Shown piece after piece: positions 27,169 to 36,299 of a stretch of 57,119 nucleotides of DNA. The stretch comes from a virus (lineage: Duplodnaviria; Caudoviricetes): the IMG/VR virus record IMGVR_UViG_3300046025_000059, positions 1 through 57,119 of that record; one strand, written 5' to 3'. Positions within the stretch are counted from its first letter, which is position 1; every line of letters starts with the position of its first letter. The translations under genes were made by a program, and so were the position numbers. The notes below the pieces were generated by a model that saw only the letters and a list, made by a program, of their open reading frames with translations, made no database searches and had not been told where the DNA came from.

Positions 27169-27675
27169 GCTGACCTGATCGACCGCGAACCGAACGACGT
27201 TCTCAAAGACCTGTTGATCAGTGAGTGGCCTGCCAACGCTACGACGCAGGGCTACGATGCGGACGCTCACACCCACACGGGCTGGTTCGACGACAACCAC
27301 CCACACGTCCAGATCAGTGTCACGCCCGAGAGCGAGGCGCACAGCTACACGGCGTTCGACCCGACCGGCGCGGGGCTGGTCGGCGACGTTGACGGTGTCG
27401 CTGTGATCAACGTCTGGGTGCCGTACTTTCGCGACACCGACGACCCGCGCTCGCAGTTCGACAGCGCAGGCATCGCCAAAGATCACCGCTTTCAATTGAA
27501 AATGCAGTGCTGGTCGATCATCCACGATAACCAGCAGGGCACCACCCACAACGGCGAGCGCGAACTGCGCAGTCTCGAAGTCGGCACCCCACAGGACAGC
27601 GTTGAGGACGACGAGGACTATCTCGTGTTTCGCTCGCAGATGTTCGTTGGCTACGAGTGGGAGGCCCGCCCGTAA
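27166..27675 (+). CDS. Tail terminator protein
   Basis: Position, size, alpha/beta pattern. Confidence 0.6.
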   Translation: MADLIDREPNDVLKDLLISEWPANATTQGYDADAHTHTGWFDDNHPHVQISVTPESEAHSYTAFDPTGAGLVGDVDGVAVINVWVPYFRDTDDPRSQFDSAGIAKDHRFQLKMQCWSIIHDNQQGTTHNGERELRSLEVGTPQDSVEDDEDYLVFRSQMFVGYEWEARP

Positions 27676-27741
27676 ACTACCCCACCCTACTCCCTCGGCG
27701 CCCCGCGCCTCGGTCCTTGAGGCCGGAGGCTCCACCTCGAA
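27672..27741 (-). repeat. IS200/IS605 right-end-like remnant (GTAAACTACCCCACCCTAC type)
   Basis: First 19 nt identical to 29177-29195; TAA is the gene stop. Confidence 0.7.
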
Positions 27742-27806
27742 ACTGCTGACCGTGCTCGCTGTCCTGCATCTGTTGCGACCACTTTGCGCCCCTTTCAGTA
27801 CCAGTC

Positions 27807-29180
27807 ATGCCTGATCGAATCTTCCCGCAAGACAGTGGGACAGGACTGCACGACCAGGACCTGTCCGACTATCTCGACTCTGCGTCGCTCGGCGCACTCG
27901 GGCACGCCCCCAACGCTGCGCCGGTCGTCGTCGACGGCCTCGGGTTTACCCCCGACTACCAGAACGACGAGTTGACCGTCGCAGCCGGCCAAGCCCGCCT
28001 CGTCGCCACCGATGTCGCCGAACGCGACCGGGGTGACCCTGTCACGTGGCCGGCCGCGACGTTCCCCGCCCGCGCCACCGAAAGGACGGTCAGCCTCTCG
28101 CCCGACGCCTACCACGACGTGTTCTTGGTGGCGACGCTCTCGGGCAGCCCCGACGATGTCAGTATTGACACGCGAACCGACGGGTCGACGCCCAGCGACC
28201 CCTCGGTCAAGATCGGCACGGTCGACACCGGCACCGAAGAGTCCGACGACACACTCAATCGCGCGCCCGACGCCACCGTCGCCGATCTGACCGTCGAAGG
28301 GGCGGCCAGCGGCGTCGCCAGCGATAGCCACGCCAGTACCCACGAAGCAGGCGGCGGCGACGAACTGACCATCGGCAGCCTCGCCGACGTCGACCCTGCG
28401 GCCGTCCTCGTCGACACCGAGACGAACCGCCCCAGCGCCGGCACGACCGACCGCGTGTTCATCGAAACGGACACCGGCACGATCTACCGCGACACGGGGT
28501 CGGCGTGGGACGTGATGGGCACGACCAACATCTCGGATACGGACCACTCTGCGACCGACCACGAGAGTGGCGGCAAGTTCGAGATTGTCCATAACAATCT
28601 CTCGGGTGGGACGACCAGAGACGCCCACCACATCCGCCCCAGTGCGGGAACGGCGCTCGCGGAAGACGGTTCAAACAACTTCAACGTCCAAGAGGGCGAC
28701 ATCACCCACGACAATCTCTCGGGTGGGACGACCAGCGATGCCCACCACATCCGGCCGGGGGCGGGTGACTATCTCTACGAGAGCGGCGATGACTTCAACG
28801 TTGATCATGCCGCGGCGCTGATCGACTCGCCTAACGGCCACATCGGCACGGCGGATCTGCCCGCCAGCGAATCGGCAGAACTGACCGTCCGGCTGGCCGA
28901 CGGTGAGGCCATCTTCATCTACGCGTGGGGTGGCTACACGGTGCCGTCAGGCACCGCCCCGAGCGGCCTGCAGGTCCAACTGATCGACCCCAGTGGCACC
29001 ACGCAGGCCAGCGAGAACACGGTCTGGACCGCGAACGCCAGTGGCGTCGCCAGCTACACGAACAGCAGTGGCGGCGTCCAGATCATGCGCCTGCGCGTCG
29101 ACAACAGCACGGGCACTAACTACACCAGCGATGCTGGCAACGACGGTGTGGCTGCGCAGTTCGCCTATGAGGTGGTGTAA
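27807..29180 (+). CDS. Fibre-like virion protein with His-rich repeats
   Basis: HASTHEAGGGDEL, two H.NLSGGTT.DAHHIRP repeats (117-bp period, 28594 and 28711); C-terminal domain shared with 51166..51834. Confidence 0.7.
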   Translation: MPDRIFPQDSGTGLHDQDLSDYLDSASLGALGHAPNAAPVVVDGLGFTPDYQNDELTVAAGQARLVATDVAERDRGDPVTWPAATFPARATERTVSLSPDAYHDVFLVATLSGSPDDVSIDTRTDGSTPSDPSVKIGTVDTGTEESDDTLNRAPDATVADLTVEGAASGVASDSHASTHEAGGGDELTIGSLADVDPAAVLVDTETNRPSAGTTDRVFIETDTGTIYRDTGSAWDVMGTTNISDTDHSATDHESGGKFEIVHNNLSGGTTRDAHHIRPSAGTALAEDGSNNFNVQEGDITHDNLSGGTTSDAHHIRPGAGDYLYESGDDFNVDHAAALIDSPNGHIGTADLPASESAELTVRLADGEAIFIYAWGGYTVPSGTAPSGLQVQLIDPSGTTQASENTVWTANASGVASYTNSSGGVQIMRLRVDNSTGTNYTSDAGNDGVAAQFAYEVV

Positions 29181-29195
29181 ACTACCCCACCCTAC
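29177..29195 (-). repeat. IS200/IS605 right-end-like remnant
   Basis: gtaaactaccccaccctac overlapping the TAA stop. Confidence 0.7.
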
Positions 29196-29319
29196 CCTAC
29201 TGAAGATGGTACGCAAACATCCAACCCCAGACATGGCTACGAACGTGGATATCCGCTCTGACGACGTGCCCGCCAGCGCCCCGCCCTCACCGACCTGCAA
29301 CGCGGGGGAGGAGACATAG

Positions 29320-31230
29320 ATGGGACGCTTCCAGTTCTCGGACGGTCGGGTCCGACTTTCGGATGGCCGGTTCTTGCTGCAGCCCCAAGCAGGGTCAGAG
29401 ACGGAAGTCGACAGTGCGGTCGCCCACTACGACGCGACGGAACTGGAACTGGCCGATGGGGATTCGGTTAGCACATGGCCGGACCTGCTGGGTAACTACG
29501 ACGCGTCGGCCGTCACGGCGCCGACGTACCGCGCCAACGGGATCAACGGCCATCCTTCCGTCGAGTTCGACGGGACGGCCACCGCGATGGATACGGGGTT
29601 CGCCCACGATACCGACACGCCCTACTCGCTGTTCGTGGTCGTCGAACGGCTCACCACCGGGTCGCGGATGTTTTATTTCGGGCATCACAACGCGACTGCC
29701 GGCACTCGGAACTACGAAGGGGCGCCGTCCAGCGACGAGGTACGGTGGTCGTTCGCGGATTCGTATACGGATACCGACGAGTTCCCTGCAGCGGCGGCGG
29801 TCCACGCCAGTTACGCTGACGGCCTGGACGGCAGCATCGAACACTGGCAGGACGACGCCAGCCTCGGCACGCTCTCGTATACGTCTCAGGGGGCGGCCGC
29901 CGATAGTTCCGGGCTTGGCGCGCGGCACGATCCGGCGAACAACGAGTTCGACTATCCGTGGGACGGCTACATCGGTGAGGTGGTCGTCGCGGGCGACGTC
30001 ACCGCCGAGGAACGCAAGGCCGAGACACTGCGCTTGCTCACCAAGTGGGACATCGACACGGTCGTTGACACGGTCGAAGACGGCAATCTCTCGGAGTACA
30101 CGATCCACCATGGCAGTCCCAGCGCCGCCGCCGACGCGGCGTACGTCGGCGAGTACGGCGTCGCGATGGGCACTGACGGCCAGACGACCCTCACGTCGAC
30201 GAGTGGGTTGCCCGCCTACTTTGCCAAGGGTGATACGTCCCGTGTGATGGTGTTCGTCCCCGTCTCGCCGTCGGACTCTCTGAACGTCCTGTACGGCGCG
30301 ACCGACGACCAGAACTTCTACGCTGCGGCAGTTGAACCCCACGTCGACAAGCTGTCGATGTACAAACGCGACGCCGGGACGTGGACGACCCTCGACGAGA
30401 CCGCCGTCTCGTATGACACCACGAACGGCGAATGGATCGATGTCGAAGTCGAGTGGCGTGACAACGACGACCACATTGTTCGCATCATCAACGAGGACAG
30501 CAGCGAGCGCGCCGCGCTTGGCCCAGTCACGGACGCCACACACGCCACCGAGACCGGCGTTGGGTTCCGCGCCTACGGCGACCCGTATACCACTGACCAC
30601 TTCCGGATCGTCGGTGCCGCCGACGCAGGCACCCTGATCGACAGCTTCGAGGACGCCGACAAGGCGGAGTACACGCAGGGCAGCCCCACCGACTTCTCGG
30701 TGCAGTCCAGCGTCGCTTACGATGGCACGTATGCACTCCAGCACGATGACGTCGGTGCTGTCACGGGGATGACGTCGCACTCGGGTGACGGCCTCTCCAA
30801 CTACATCGATCAGGGCACCACGTTCCAGTACAAGGTCCGCTGTTCCGAGGATTCAAGTTCGTCTACGGCAGCGCGCCCAGGCATGGGTTATGGCGTGCCC
30901 AGCGGCGACACGGTTGACAATAATGGCTACTCGGTCAACTTCTATGCTGACCAAGACAAGGTGTCGCTGCTGTTGAACGAAAACGGCGGCCAGACCCTCC
31001 TGACGGATGTGGGTGGCCTTGGCTATACGGCTGGCGAATGGTGGACGGTTCGCGTCAACTGGCAGTCCGACGACACCCATGCGATCGACGTGTACGACTC
31101 GACGGATTCGCTGGTGTCCTCGGGGTCGATAACTGACACGACTCACAGCGGGAATAACGGCTCCGTCGGCTGGCACGCGTATGTCGCCTCTGGGGCGAAC
31201 GCGTACACCGACTTCGGCGAACTGGTCTGA
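29320..31230 (+). CDS. Lectin-like (ConA/LamG) adhesin with two further beta-sandwich domains
   Basis: VSTWPD..GN, INGHPSVEFDG, WDGYIGEVV; two D[TS][VF]ED....EY repeats. Confidence 0.75.
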   Translation: MGRFQFSDGRVRLSDGRFLLQPQAGSETEVDSAVAHYDATELELADGDSVSTWPDLLGNYDASAVTAPTYRANGINGHPSVEFDGTATAMDTGFAHDTDTPYSLFVVVERLTTGSRMFYFGHHNATAGTRNYEGAPSSDEVRWSFADSYTDTDEFPAAAAVHASYADGLDGSIEHWQDDASLGTLSYTSQGAAADSSGLGARHDPANNEFDYPWDGYIGEVVVAGDVTAEERKAETLRLLTKWDIDTVVDTVEDGNLSEYTIHHGSPSAAADAAYVGEYGVAMGTDGQTTLTSTSGLPAYFAKGDTSRVMVFVPVSPSDSLNVLYGATDDQNFYAAAVEPHVDKLSMYKRDAGTWTTLDETAVSYDTTNGEWIDVEVEWRDNDDHIVRIINEDSSERAALGPVTDATHATETGVGFRAYGDPYTTDHFRIVGAADAGTLIDSFEDADKAEYTQGSPTDFSVQSSVAYDGTYALQHDDVGAVTGMTSHSGDGLSNYIDQGTTFQYKVRCSEDSSSSTAARPGMGYGVPSGDTVDNNGYSVNFYADQDKVSLLLNENGGQTLLTDVGGLGYTAGEWWTVRVNWQSDDTHAIDVYDSTDSLVSSGSITDTTHSGNNGSVGWHAYVASGANAYTDFGELV

Positions 31231-31243
31231 CACGTAGCGAGCG

Positions 31244-31277
31244 GAAACCCACCCCTGAAGGGGTGGGAGGATGTCGA
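31244..31277 (+). repeat. IS200/IS605 right-end-like hairpin (+ orientation)
   Basis: gaaacccacccct-ga-aggggtgggaggatgtc, the reverse orientation of the 47463 and 56064 copies. Confidence 0.75.
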
Positions 31278-31317
31278 GTGGCGACTGACCAGCGGTTGAT
31301 ATTCTCTCAGGAGACAT

Positions 31318-31737
31318 ATGGCAGACAAACTCACCAATCTCGGCGAGGAGTACAACGTTAAAAACGACTGGCGTGGCACTGACGTCACGCTGTTGCTCTA
31401 CAACGACAGCAGCGACAGTCTTGACGACACCAACGACCTCAGCGACGTCACCACTGAACCGACGGATGGCAACTACACCCGCCAGACGCTCACTATCGAC
31501 AGTGCGGCCGTCAAAAAGATCAACGGCGACTGGGGGTGGGAACTGAGCACCACCTTTGACGTAACGGACACGACCGGCGACGTGGACTCGACGGGCGGGA
31601 TCGTCACGTTCCAAGCCAAGGAAACTGGCGACTCGACGGTCAACGACCACCTCATCGTCGCGGGGTTCCTCAGCCAGACTCGGACGCTCTCGAACTACGA
31701 CAATCTCAAAGTGACGTTGCGGGTGCCGTTCAACTGA
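31318..31737 (+). CDS. Virion structural protein
   Basis: LTNLGEEY, LSDVTTEP.DGNY.RQ resemble haloviral tail-associated proteins. Confidence 0.7.
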   Translation: MADKLTNLGEEYNVKNDWRGTDVTLLLYNDSSDSLDDTNDLSDVTTEPTDGNYTRQTLTIDSAAVKKINGDWGWELSTTFDVTDTTGDVDSTGGIVTFQAKETGDSTVNDHLIVAGFLSQTRTLSNYDNLKVTLRVPFN

Positions 31738-31755
31738 CTGAGCGAGGTACCGCAT

Positions 31756-32244
31756 ATGGTACAGGAAACAGTCACAGTCGACGCGGGGCCACGCCAGAAC
31801 GCCCGCGCTGGACAGGCGACCGCCGGAAATGTGCAGGCAGGCACCGACACCGGCATCCGGGCTGTCGAGACTGTCGTCGCGCCGGAAACCGTGACCGTCA
31901 CCGGGACGGCCACCCCCGACGCAGCAGTGACGGCCACGGCGGGCAGCGACACCGCGACGCCCACTGTCACTGCCACGCCCGAGACGGTCACGAGTGCCTA
32001 TGCCAGCGAGGTAGCGACCGTGCTGGCGACAGTCACCCCCGAGACGGTCACGAGTGCCTATGCCAGCGAGGTAGCGACCGCAGTAACCGAGGCGCTCCCC
32101 TCCGTCCGCGACAACGCCCGTGCTCACCGGATCGTCCACCGCGACGAGATCCACGGCGTGTTCGCGCCGCTTGACAGCGACATCGCTGGCCTGTTCGCCG
32201 ACGAGAGCGAGATCGACGGCCTGATCGAACGCGAGGACCGCTGA
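31756..32244 (+). CDS. T/V/A-rich low-complexity protein with tandem repeat
   Basis: TPETVTSAYASEVAT twice. Confidence 0.7.
   Translation: MVQETVTVDAGPRQNARAGQATAGNVQAGTDTGIRAVETVVAPETVTVTGTATPDAAVTATAGSDTATPTVTATPETVTSAYASEVATVLATVTPETVTSAYASEVATAVTEALPSVRDNARAHRIVHRDEIHGVFAPLDSDIAGLFADESEIDGLIEREDR
31978..32080 (+). repeat. Tandem repeat, 60-bp period
   Basis: cccgagacggtcacgagtgcctatgccagcgaggtagcgaccg at 31978 and 32038. Confidence 0.9.
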
Positions 32245-32270
32245 CGCCCCCGCCCGCCTGTTGCTCTATC

Positions 32271-32681
32271 ATGCCCCATCAACACACGGACATCGACGAC
32301 TATCACGAGGGCGATTCCCGCGACATCAACGTCACGGTCTACGAACAGACCGTCGGCGGGCGTCGCCAGTCGCTCTCGGAGGCGCGTATCGAATGGCTGG
32401 CCAAAGACCAGCAAACCGACGCCGACAGCGACGCGCTGTTGCACAAGTCCAGTGACGGGTCGGCTCCCGACGACAACGACACGGATGGTGACATCGTCAT
32501 CACCGACGAGCGCAACGGCGAGGCTGTCATTCACGTCGAAGAGGGTGATACTGACGGCTTTCTCACCGCCGACGACGGCACTGAACTTGAAGAGCGCACC
32601 GTCCATCACCGTGCCCGTGTCTGGGACGCCCGGAACAATCGCGTCACCGTCCTCGACGGCGACTGGCATATCTACAAGTGA
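32271..32681 (+). CDS. BppU-N-like structural domain protein, paralog 1
   Basis: YHEGD...ITDERNGE..I.VE.GDT.G...H....D.....TV..G; paralog of 33350..33712. Confidence 0.7.
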   Translation: MPHQHTDIDDYHEGDSRDINVTVYEQTVGGRRQSLSEARIEWLAKDQQTDADSDALLHKSSDGSAPDDNDTDGDIVITDERNGEAVIHVEEGDTDGFLTADDGTELEERTVHHRARVWDARNNRVTVLDGDWHIYK

Positions 32682-32712
32682 ACCATCCCCTCCCCGCCTC
32701 TCCCCCTGAGCT

Positions 32713-33144
32713 ATGAGTTGGTTTGTCTTTCCCGAAGACCACGGCACGAACAGCGACATCCCGGTGTTCGGCGGCGACAGGAACGGTGCCGCCGCGTTCG
32801 CGTTCGCACTATATCACACCGCGGTCGGCGTCGACGTCGTCACCGAGGGCTGGGACGTCAGTGTTGACACCGATGCCTACGAGGCCACCATCTCGCAGGG
32901 CACGGCCGTCCTGACCGACAGTGGCGCCCACGCCTACGAGATGAACATAGACTTGCGGCTGGTCGCCTACATCGCCCAGACAGATGCTCCCGAGACGGTC
33001 AGTCTGACGAACAGTACGGAAAATACGATCTGGGCGCACCTGCCCCTGACGAGTGACGACGCCGGCGAGTTCCGCGTCACCATCCCCGGCGACGACCCGC
33101 CGCCAGAACCGGCGCTCAAAATCGAAACGGTCGATCTCTCCTGA
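32713..33144 (+). CDS. Structural protein, paralog of N-terminus of 27807..29180
   Basis: VFPEDHGT vs IFPQDSGT; PALKIETVD vs PSVKIGTVD. Confidence 0.7.
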   Translation: MSWFVFPEDHGTNSDIPVFGGDRNGAAAFAFALYHTAVGVDVVTEGWDVSVDTDAYEATISQGTAVLTDSGAHAYEMNIDLRLVAYIAQTDAPETVSLTNSTENTIWAHLPLTSDDAGEFRVTIPGDDPPPEPALKIETVDLS

Positions 33145-33146
33145 CG

Positions 33147-33329
33147 ATGGTCACACTTGGCACCAGCACGCTCGGCTGTGCGTATCTGGGCGCGACTGGC
33201 GAGCAGTTCGCCCACGAACTGCGCTTTATCGCCACCCACGATGTCGATGGCGTCCAGATCCGCGCGGTGTTCGACCCCGACGAGTCGCCCCTGCGCGCCC
33301 AGATCATCGACGTCGATCTCGACGAATAG
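33147..33329 (+). CDS. Small hypothetical protein
   Basis: Fills gap; C-terminus resembles that of 31756..32244. Confidence 0.5.
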   Translation: MVTLGTSTLGCAYLGATGEQFAHELRFIATHDVDGVQIRAVFDPDESPLRAQIIDVDLDE

Positions 33330-33349
33330 CAGCGCTCTCTCCCTGATCC

Positions 33350-33712
33350 ATGCCACACTCCAACGTCAACATCGAAGAGCAGTATCACGCCGGCAACACC
33401 CTCTATTTCCACCCGACAGTCCGGTCGTCGGACAACCGCGTCGTCGACATCTCCGGGGCCAGCGCCGTCTGGGTGCTGTACAACGATCCCGCGGCCCCCT
33501 TCGAGTCCGCCGCCGTCGAGAAAACCACTGCCGATGGCAGCATCCGCCTGACCGATCCCCAGAACGGCGAACTCACAATTGAAGTAGAGGCCGGCGACAC
33601 CGAGGGTCTCGGTGCGCCCGACGGCGCGGTCTGGTATCACCGCTGTGATCTCACCGACGACCGCGGTGATCGGTCGACCGTCTTCCACGGCAAGTTGCCG
33701 ATCTACCCCTGA
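33350..33712 (+). CDS. BppU-N-like structural domain protein, paralog 2
   Basis: YHAGN...LTDPQNGELTIEVEAGDTEG...YH....D.....TV..G. Confidence 0.7.
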   Translation: MPHSNVNIEEQYHAGNTLYFHPTVRSSDNRVVDISGASAVWVLYNDPAAPFESAAVEKTTADGSIRLTDPQNGELTIEVEAGDTEGLGAPDGAVWYHRCDLTDDRGDRSTVFHGKLPIYP

Positions 33713-33725
33713 GTGAGTCCCAGCT

Positions 33726-34361
33726 ATGGCAACACAAGAATCCCACAACCGCCGCCCACACTACGACGAACTGTCCGTGGGCGTGGCCGACGTCTCGCAA
33801 CTGCTGGCCGCGCTCGGCGACACGCTCGACGGGAGCGACCAGGATCTGACGAATCTGGGCGCGCTCGGCGCCACCAGCGCTACGGTGTCGTCGGCCCCCA
33901 GTGCGGACGCCGACGTCGCCCGCCACGCCGAGGTGAGCGCGAAAGCCGACGCGCCCCACGACCACGCCGCTCACGGGACGATCACCGCGACGCGCGACCT
34001 GCAGCCCGAGGGCGCACAGACCGGCCTCACTGCCGACGCGCCGGGCGTCCAGTACGCCGGGCAAGTCCACCAGCGCGTCGACGTCGGCCTGCTGGCGGGC
34101 GACCGCGCGGCGTACATAGAGGCGGCGACCGCCTCGTCGGCTGGCGACGAAGAGGTGACAGTCGAACTGTACGACCCCGACGCCGCCGCGGTGGTCGGGT
34201 CGGTGACGATCACCGGCGGATCGGCCCGCAGCCGGTCGGCCGATCTCAGCGACGGCCTGACCGCCGGCAACGACGTCTACGTCCGCTGGGACGTGACGAC
34301 CGCGTCGGGCACGACCGACGCCACGTTCGACGCACTCGCCGTGCGGCTGGTCGTCGAGTGA
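33726..34361 (+). CDS. Fibre-like structural protein
   Basis: LTNLGAL...APSADADVAR..EV, PHDHAAH linker, C-terminal beta domain. Confidence 0.65.
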   Translation: MATQESHNRRPHYDELSVGVADVSQLLAALGDTLDGSDQDLTNLGALGATSATVSSAPSADADVARHAEVSAKADAPHDHAAHGTITATRDLQPEGAQTGLTADAPGVQYAGQVHQRVDVGLLAGDRAAYIEAATASSAGDEEVTVELYDPDAAAVVGSVTITGGSARSRSADLSDGLTAGNDVYVRWDVTTASGTTDATFDALAVRLVVE

Positions 34362-34482
34362 CACGTAGCAGTACCTCCGAATTGGGCGTATAATTGCATG
34401 ACCAGTCAGTATTACTGTGGGTATTAAACAGTAAACACTCTCACAAACCCGAAGGTGGCAGGGATTCGTCGTCTTATCAGAA

Positions 34483-35598
34483 TTAGAGAAGCTTCTCTTT
34501 TGCTTTTCGGACGTTATCGCTGATCGCTTGCTGGCTTCGTCCTCGCTCCTTGGACCACTCATCCTGCGTGAAATCATTCTCAACCGTCATGTGATAGTCC
34601 ACGGCCTCGGAGGGGGTAAGTCCATCCCGAATGAGGTCGTGGATGCGCGACCTGTCGGCGTCTTCCGCACCATGGGCTTCGATTTCCATTTCGTTAAATG
34701 CCCACACGAATGGCGTTTCGGTCGTCGTCTGGTCCCGAACGTCTTCTGACAAGCGCGCGATATCAACCGAGCCAATCAGCTTCCAGAGCGCCATCGAGTG
34801 GCCGTCATCCTTCTGGATTTGGCCGTCGTCATCGTGGTAATAAACATCGTTGGTCCGGTGCAGATTGCACCGGAGTCTTAGCTCCGTGGCCGACAGACAC
34901 TCTTCATGTCCGCATTTTTCGCACTCAAACAGGTACGTCCCTGTCGAGTCGATGTCAGACTGGTCAAGGCGCGTGATGGTATCTCGGGAGGCATCCTCGA
35001 CGTAGTCGTAGTCGCCGTTTTCGAGCGTCTCGTCAAGTCGGTCCTGGAAGTCGGGGACCTCCTGCCCGATAAGTTTGTCAACGTCGAAGGCCGAAATCTG
35101 TCGCCACACAACCCCGCCCGGCGGAAGCTCACCGTCCCGGACCGCTATCTCGGCGTCCAGCGCGTCGTCGTACACCCGGATGCCGGAGTCGGTTTCGACG
35201 CGGATCGCGGGCGTCGAGAGCAGCTTCACATCATCATCGTCGGTCTCTTCGACATCTGTGCCACCGTCAGCGATAAGCTGCTTCTCCTCGTCGCCCGCGT
35301 TGTCCTCGTCGTCGTCCTTAGCTTCGAACAGGTCAACGACCATGACGACCTCTGAGTAATCCTCGCCGTGACTGCTCCAGTGCTTTGTGATCGTTGCTGT
35401 CCCGTCCTTGATCTCCATCCGGTAGTCGGACGGGTACTCGCATTCAAACTTGCCAGTCTTGAGGTCGATGTAGGCGTCGTATTTTTCCACTAAACCCGTG
35501 AGGTAGACGCGGTCCTTACCGTACTTGGTCCAGCGGTTGGCTTCGGCATCGCCCTCAACAACTTCGGGGTCGTTCGTGAGTTCGGTGAGTTTCGTCAT
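34483..35598 (-). CDS. Multidomain regulator: KYG.DR.Y domain, Zn site, C-terminal HTH
   Basis: Fused paralog of 10524..10871 plus 10874..11191; CEKC..C..H; TQDEWSKERGRSQQAISDNVRKAK. Confidence 0.85.
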   Translation of the reverse strand: MTKLTELTNDPEVVEGDAEANRWTKYGKDRVYLTGLVEKYDAYIDLKTGKFECEYPSDYRMEIKDGTATITKHWSSHGEDYSEVVMVVDLFEAKDDDEDNAGDEEKQLIADGGTDVEETDDDDVKLLSTPAIRVETDSGIRVYDDALDAEIAVRDGELPPGGVVWRQISAFDVDKLIGQEVPDFQDRLDETLENGDYDYVEDASRDTITRLDQSDIDSTGTYLFECEKCGHEECLSATELRLRCNLHRTNDVYYHDDDGQIQKDDGHSMALWKLIGSVDIARLSEDVRDQTTTETPFVWAFNEMEIEAHGAEDADRSRIHDLIRDGLTPSEAVDYHMTVENDFTQDEWSKERGRSQQAISDNVRKAKEKLL

Positions 35599-35607
35599 GG
35601 CCCTTCT

Positions 35608-35668
35608 ACAACCATAGCTTGTATTGCTACCCACTTAACTCTTTTGTAAGATAACAAGCATAGGTTGT
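35608..35668 (-). promoter_or_regulatory. Promoter with two ACAA-N7-TTGT operators
   Basis: acaaccatagcttgt (35608-35622) and acaagcataggttgt (35654-35668) flank a TTAAG box on the minus strand. Confidence 0.65.
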
Positions 35669-35896
35669 TTTCTGCGTCCGAGTTATTTCGGAGGTACTGG
35701 TAGCGACTGTATGAGGGCTTGCCCAGCCTGATCACCCAAATTGGGTACTGGATCCGGCGGCCGCCCGGCCGCCCGCCCCACCGCTTGCTCTCGGTGGGGC
35801 GTCTCTCATTGCCCGCGCCGTGATCGCTCCGGCGGCGCGCTGCCTGCGGTAGTACTGCGGTGTTTGCCTGCCGGTTAGCGACGGCTATCTTGCTTC

Positions 35897-35933
35897 AACG
35901 AGAGAATCCCGGCCTTCAGGCCGGGCGTGAATC
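35897..35933 (+). repeat. IS200/IS605 end-like hairpin (possibly left end)
   Basis: aacgagagaat-cccggcct-tc-aggccggg-cgtgaatc. Confidence 0.6.
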
Positions 35934-35949
35934 AGCAGCCCACCCACCC

Positions 35950-36297
35950 ATGGTTCTTAACGCAGACGACGACCGACTCACGGTACAGATCGACGCCGAG
36001 ACGGAGGCGTTCGAAGCAAACATCGACGAGGCAAAGGCCAGCCTGCGCTCGCTGCAGGCCCAGCTAGACAGCCTCGGCCAGCAACTCTGCCCGATCTGCT
36101 CTGGCGACCGTTCCCTGCCGGGTGACGGGATGACGGCCCGCATCCCAGACGACACCGCCCAGCAGGTCGCCGACCTGGTCAGCGAGGACGTCGCCGCCTC
36201 GCACGACATCGCCCCCGAGCGCGTTCACGTCCATGCGCTCCGGTCGTCTGCTGAGGCCGACGTGACAATCCTGCCCGCCGAGGACGACGACCAGTGA
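35950..36297 (+). CDS. Hypothetical protein with TMP-N-terminus-like segment and CPIC motif
   Basis: LTVQIDAETEAFEANIDEAKASL. Confidence 0.65.
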   Translation: MVLNADDDRLTVQIDAETEAFEANIDEAKASLRSLQAQLDSLGQQLCPICSGDRSLPGDGMTARIPDDTAQQVADLVSEDVAASHDIAPERVHVHALRSSAEADVTILPAEDDDQ

Positions 36298-36299
36298 CA

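Larger units (their letters stand above)
34369..35699. mobile_element. Inverted-repeat-flanked lower-GC cassette
   Basis: cagtacctccgaa (34369-34381) and ttcggaggtactg (35687-35699) are a perfect 13-bp IR around the only long minus-strand gene. Confidence 0.6.
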
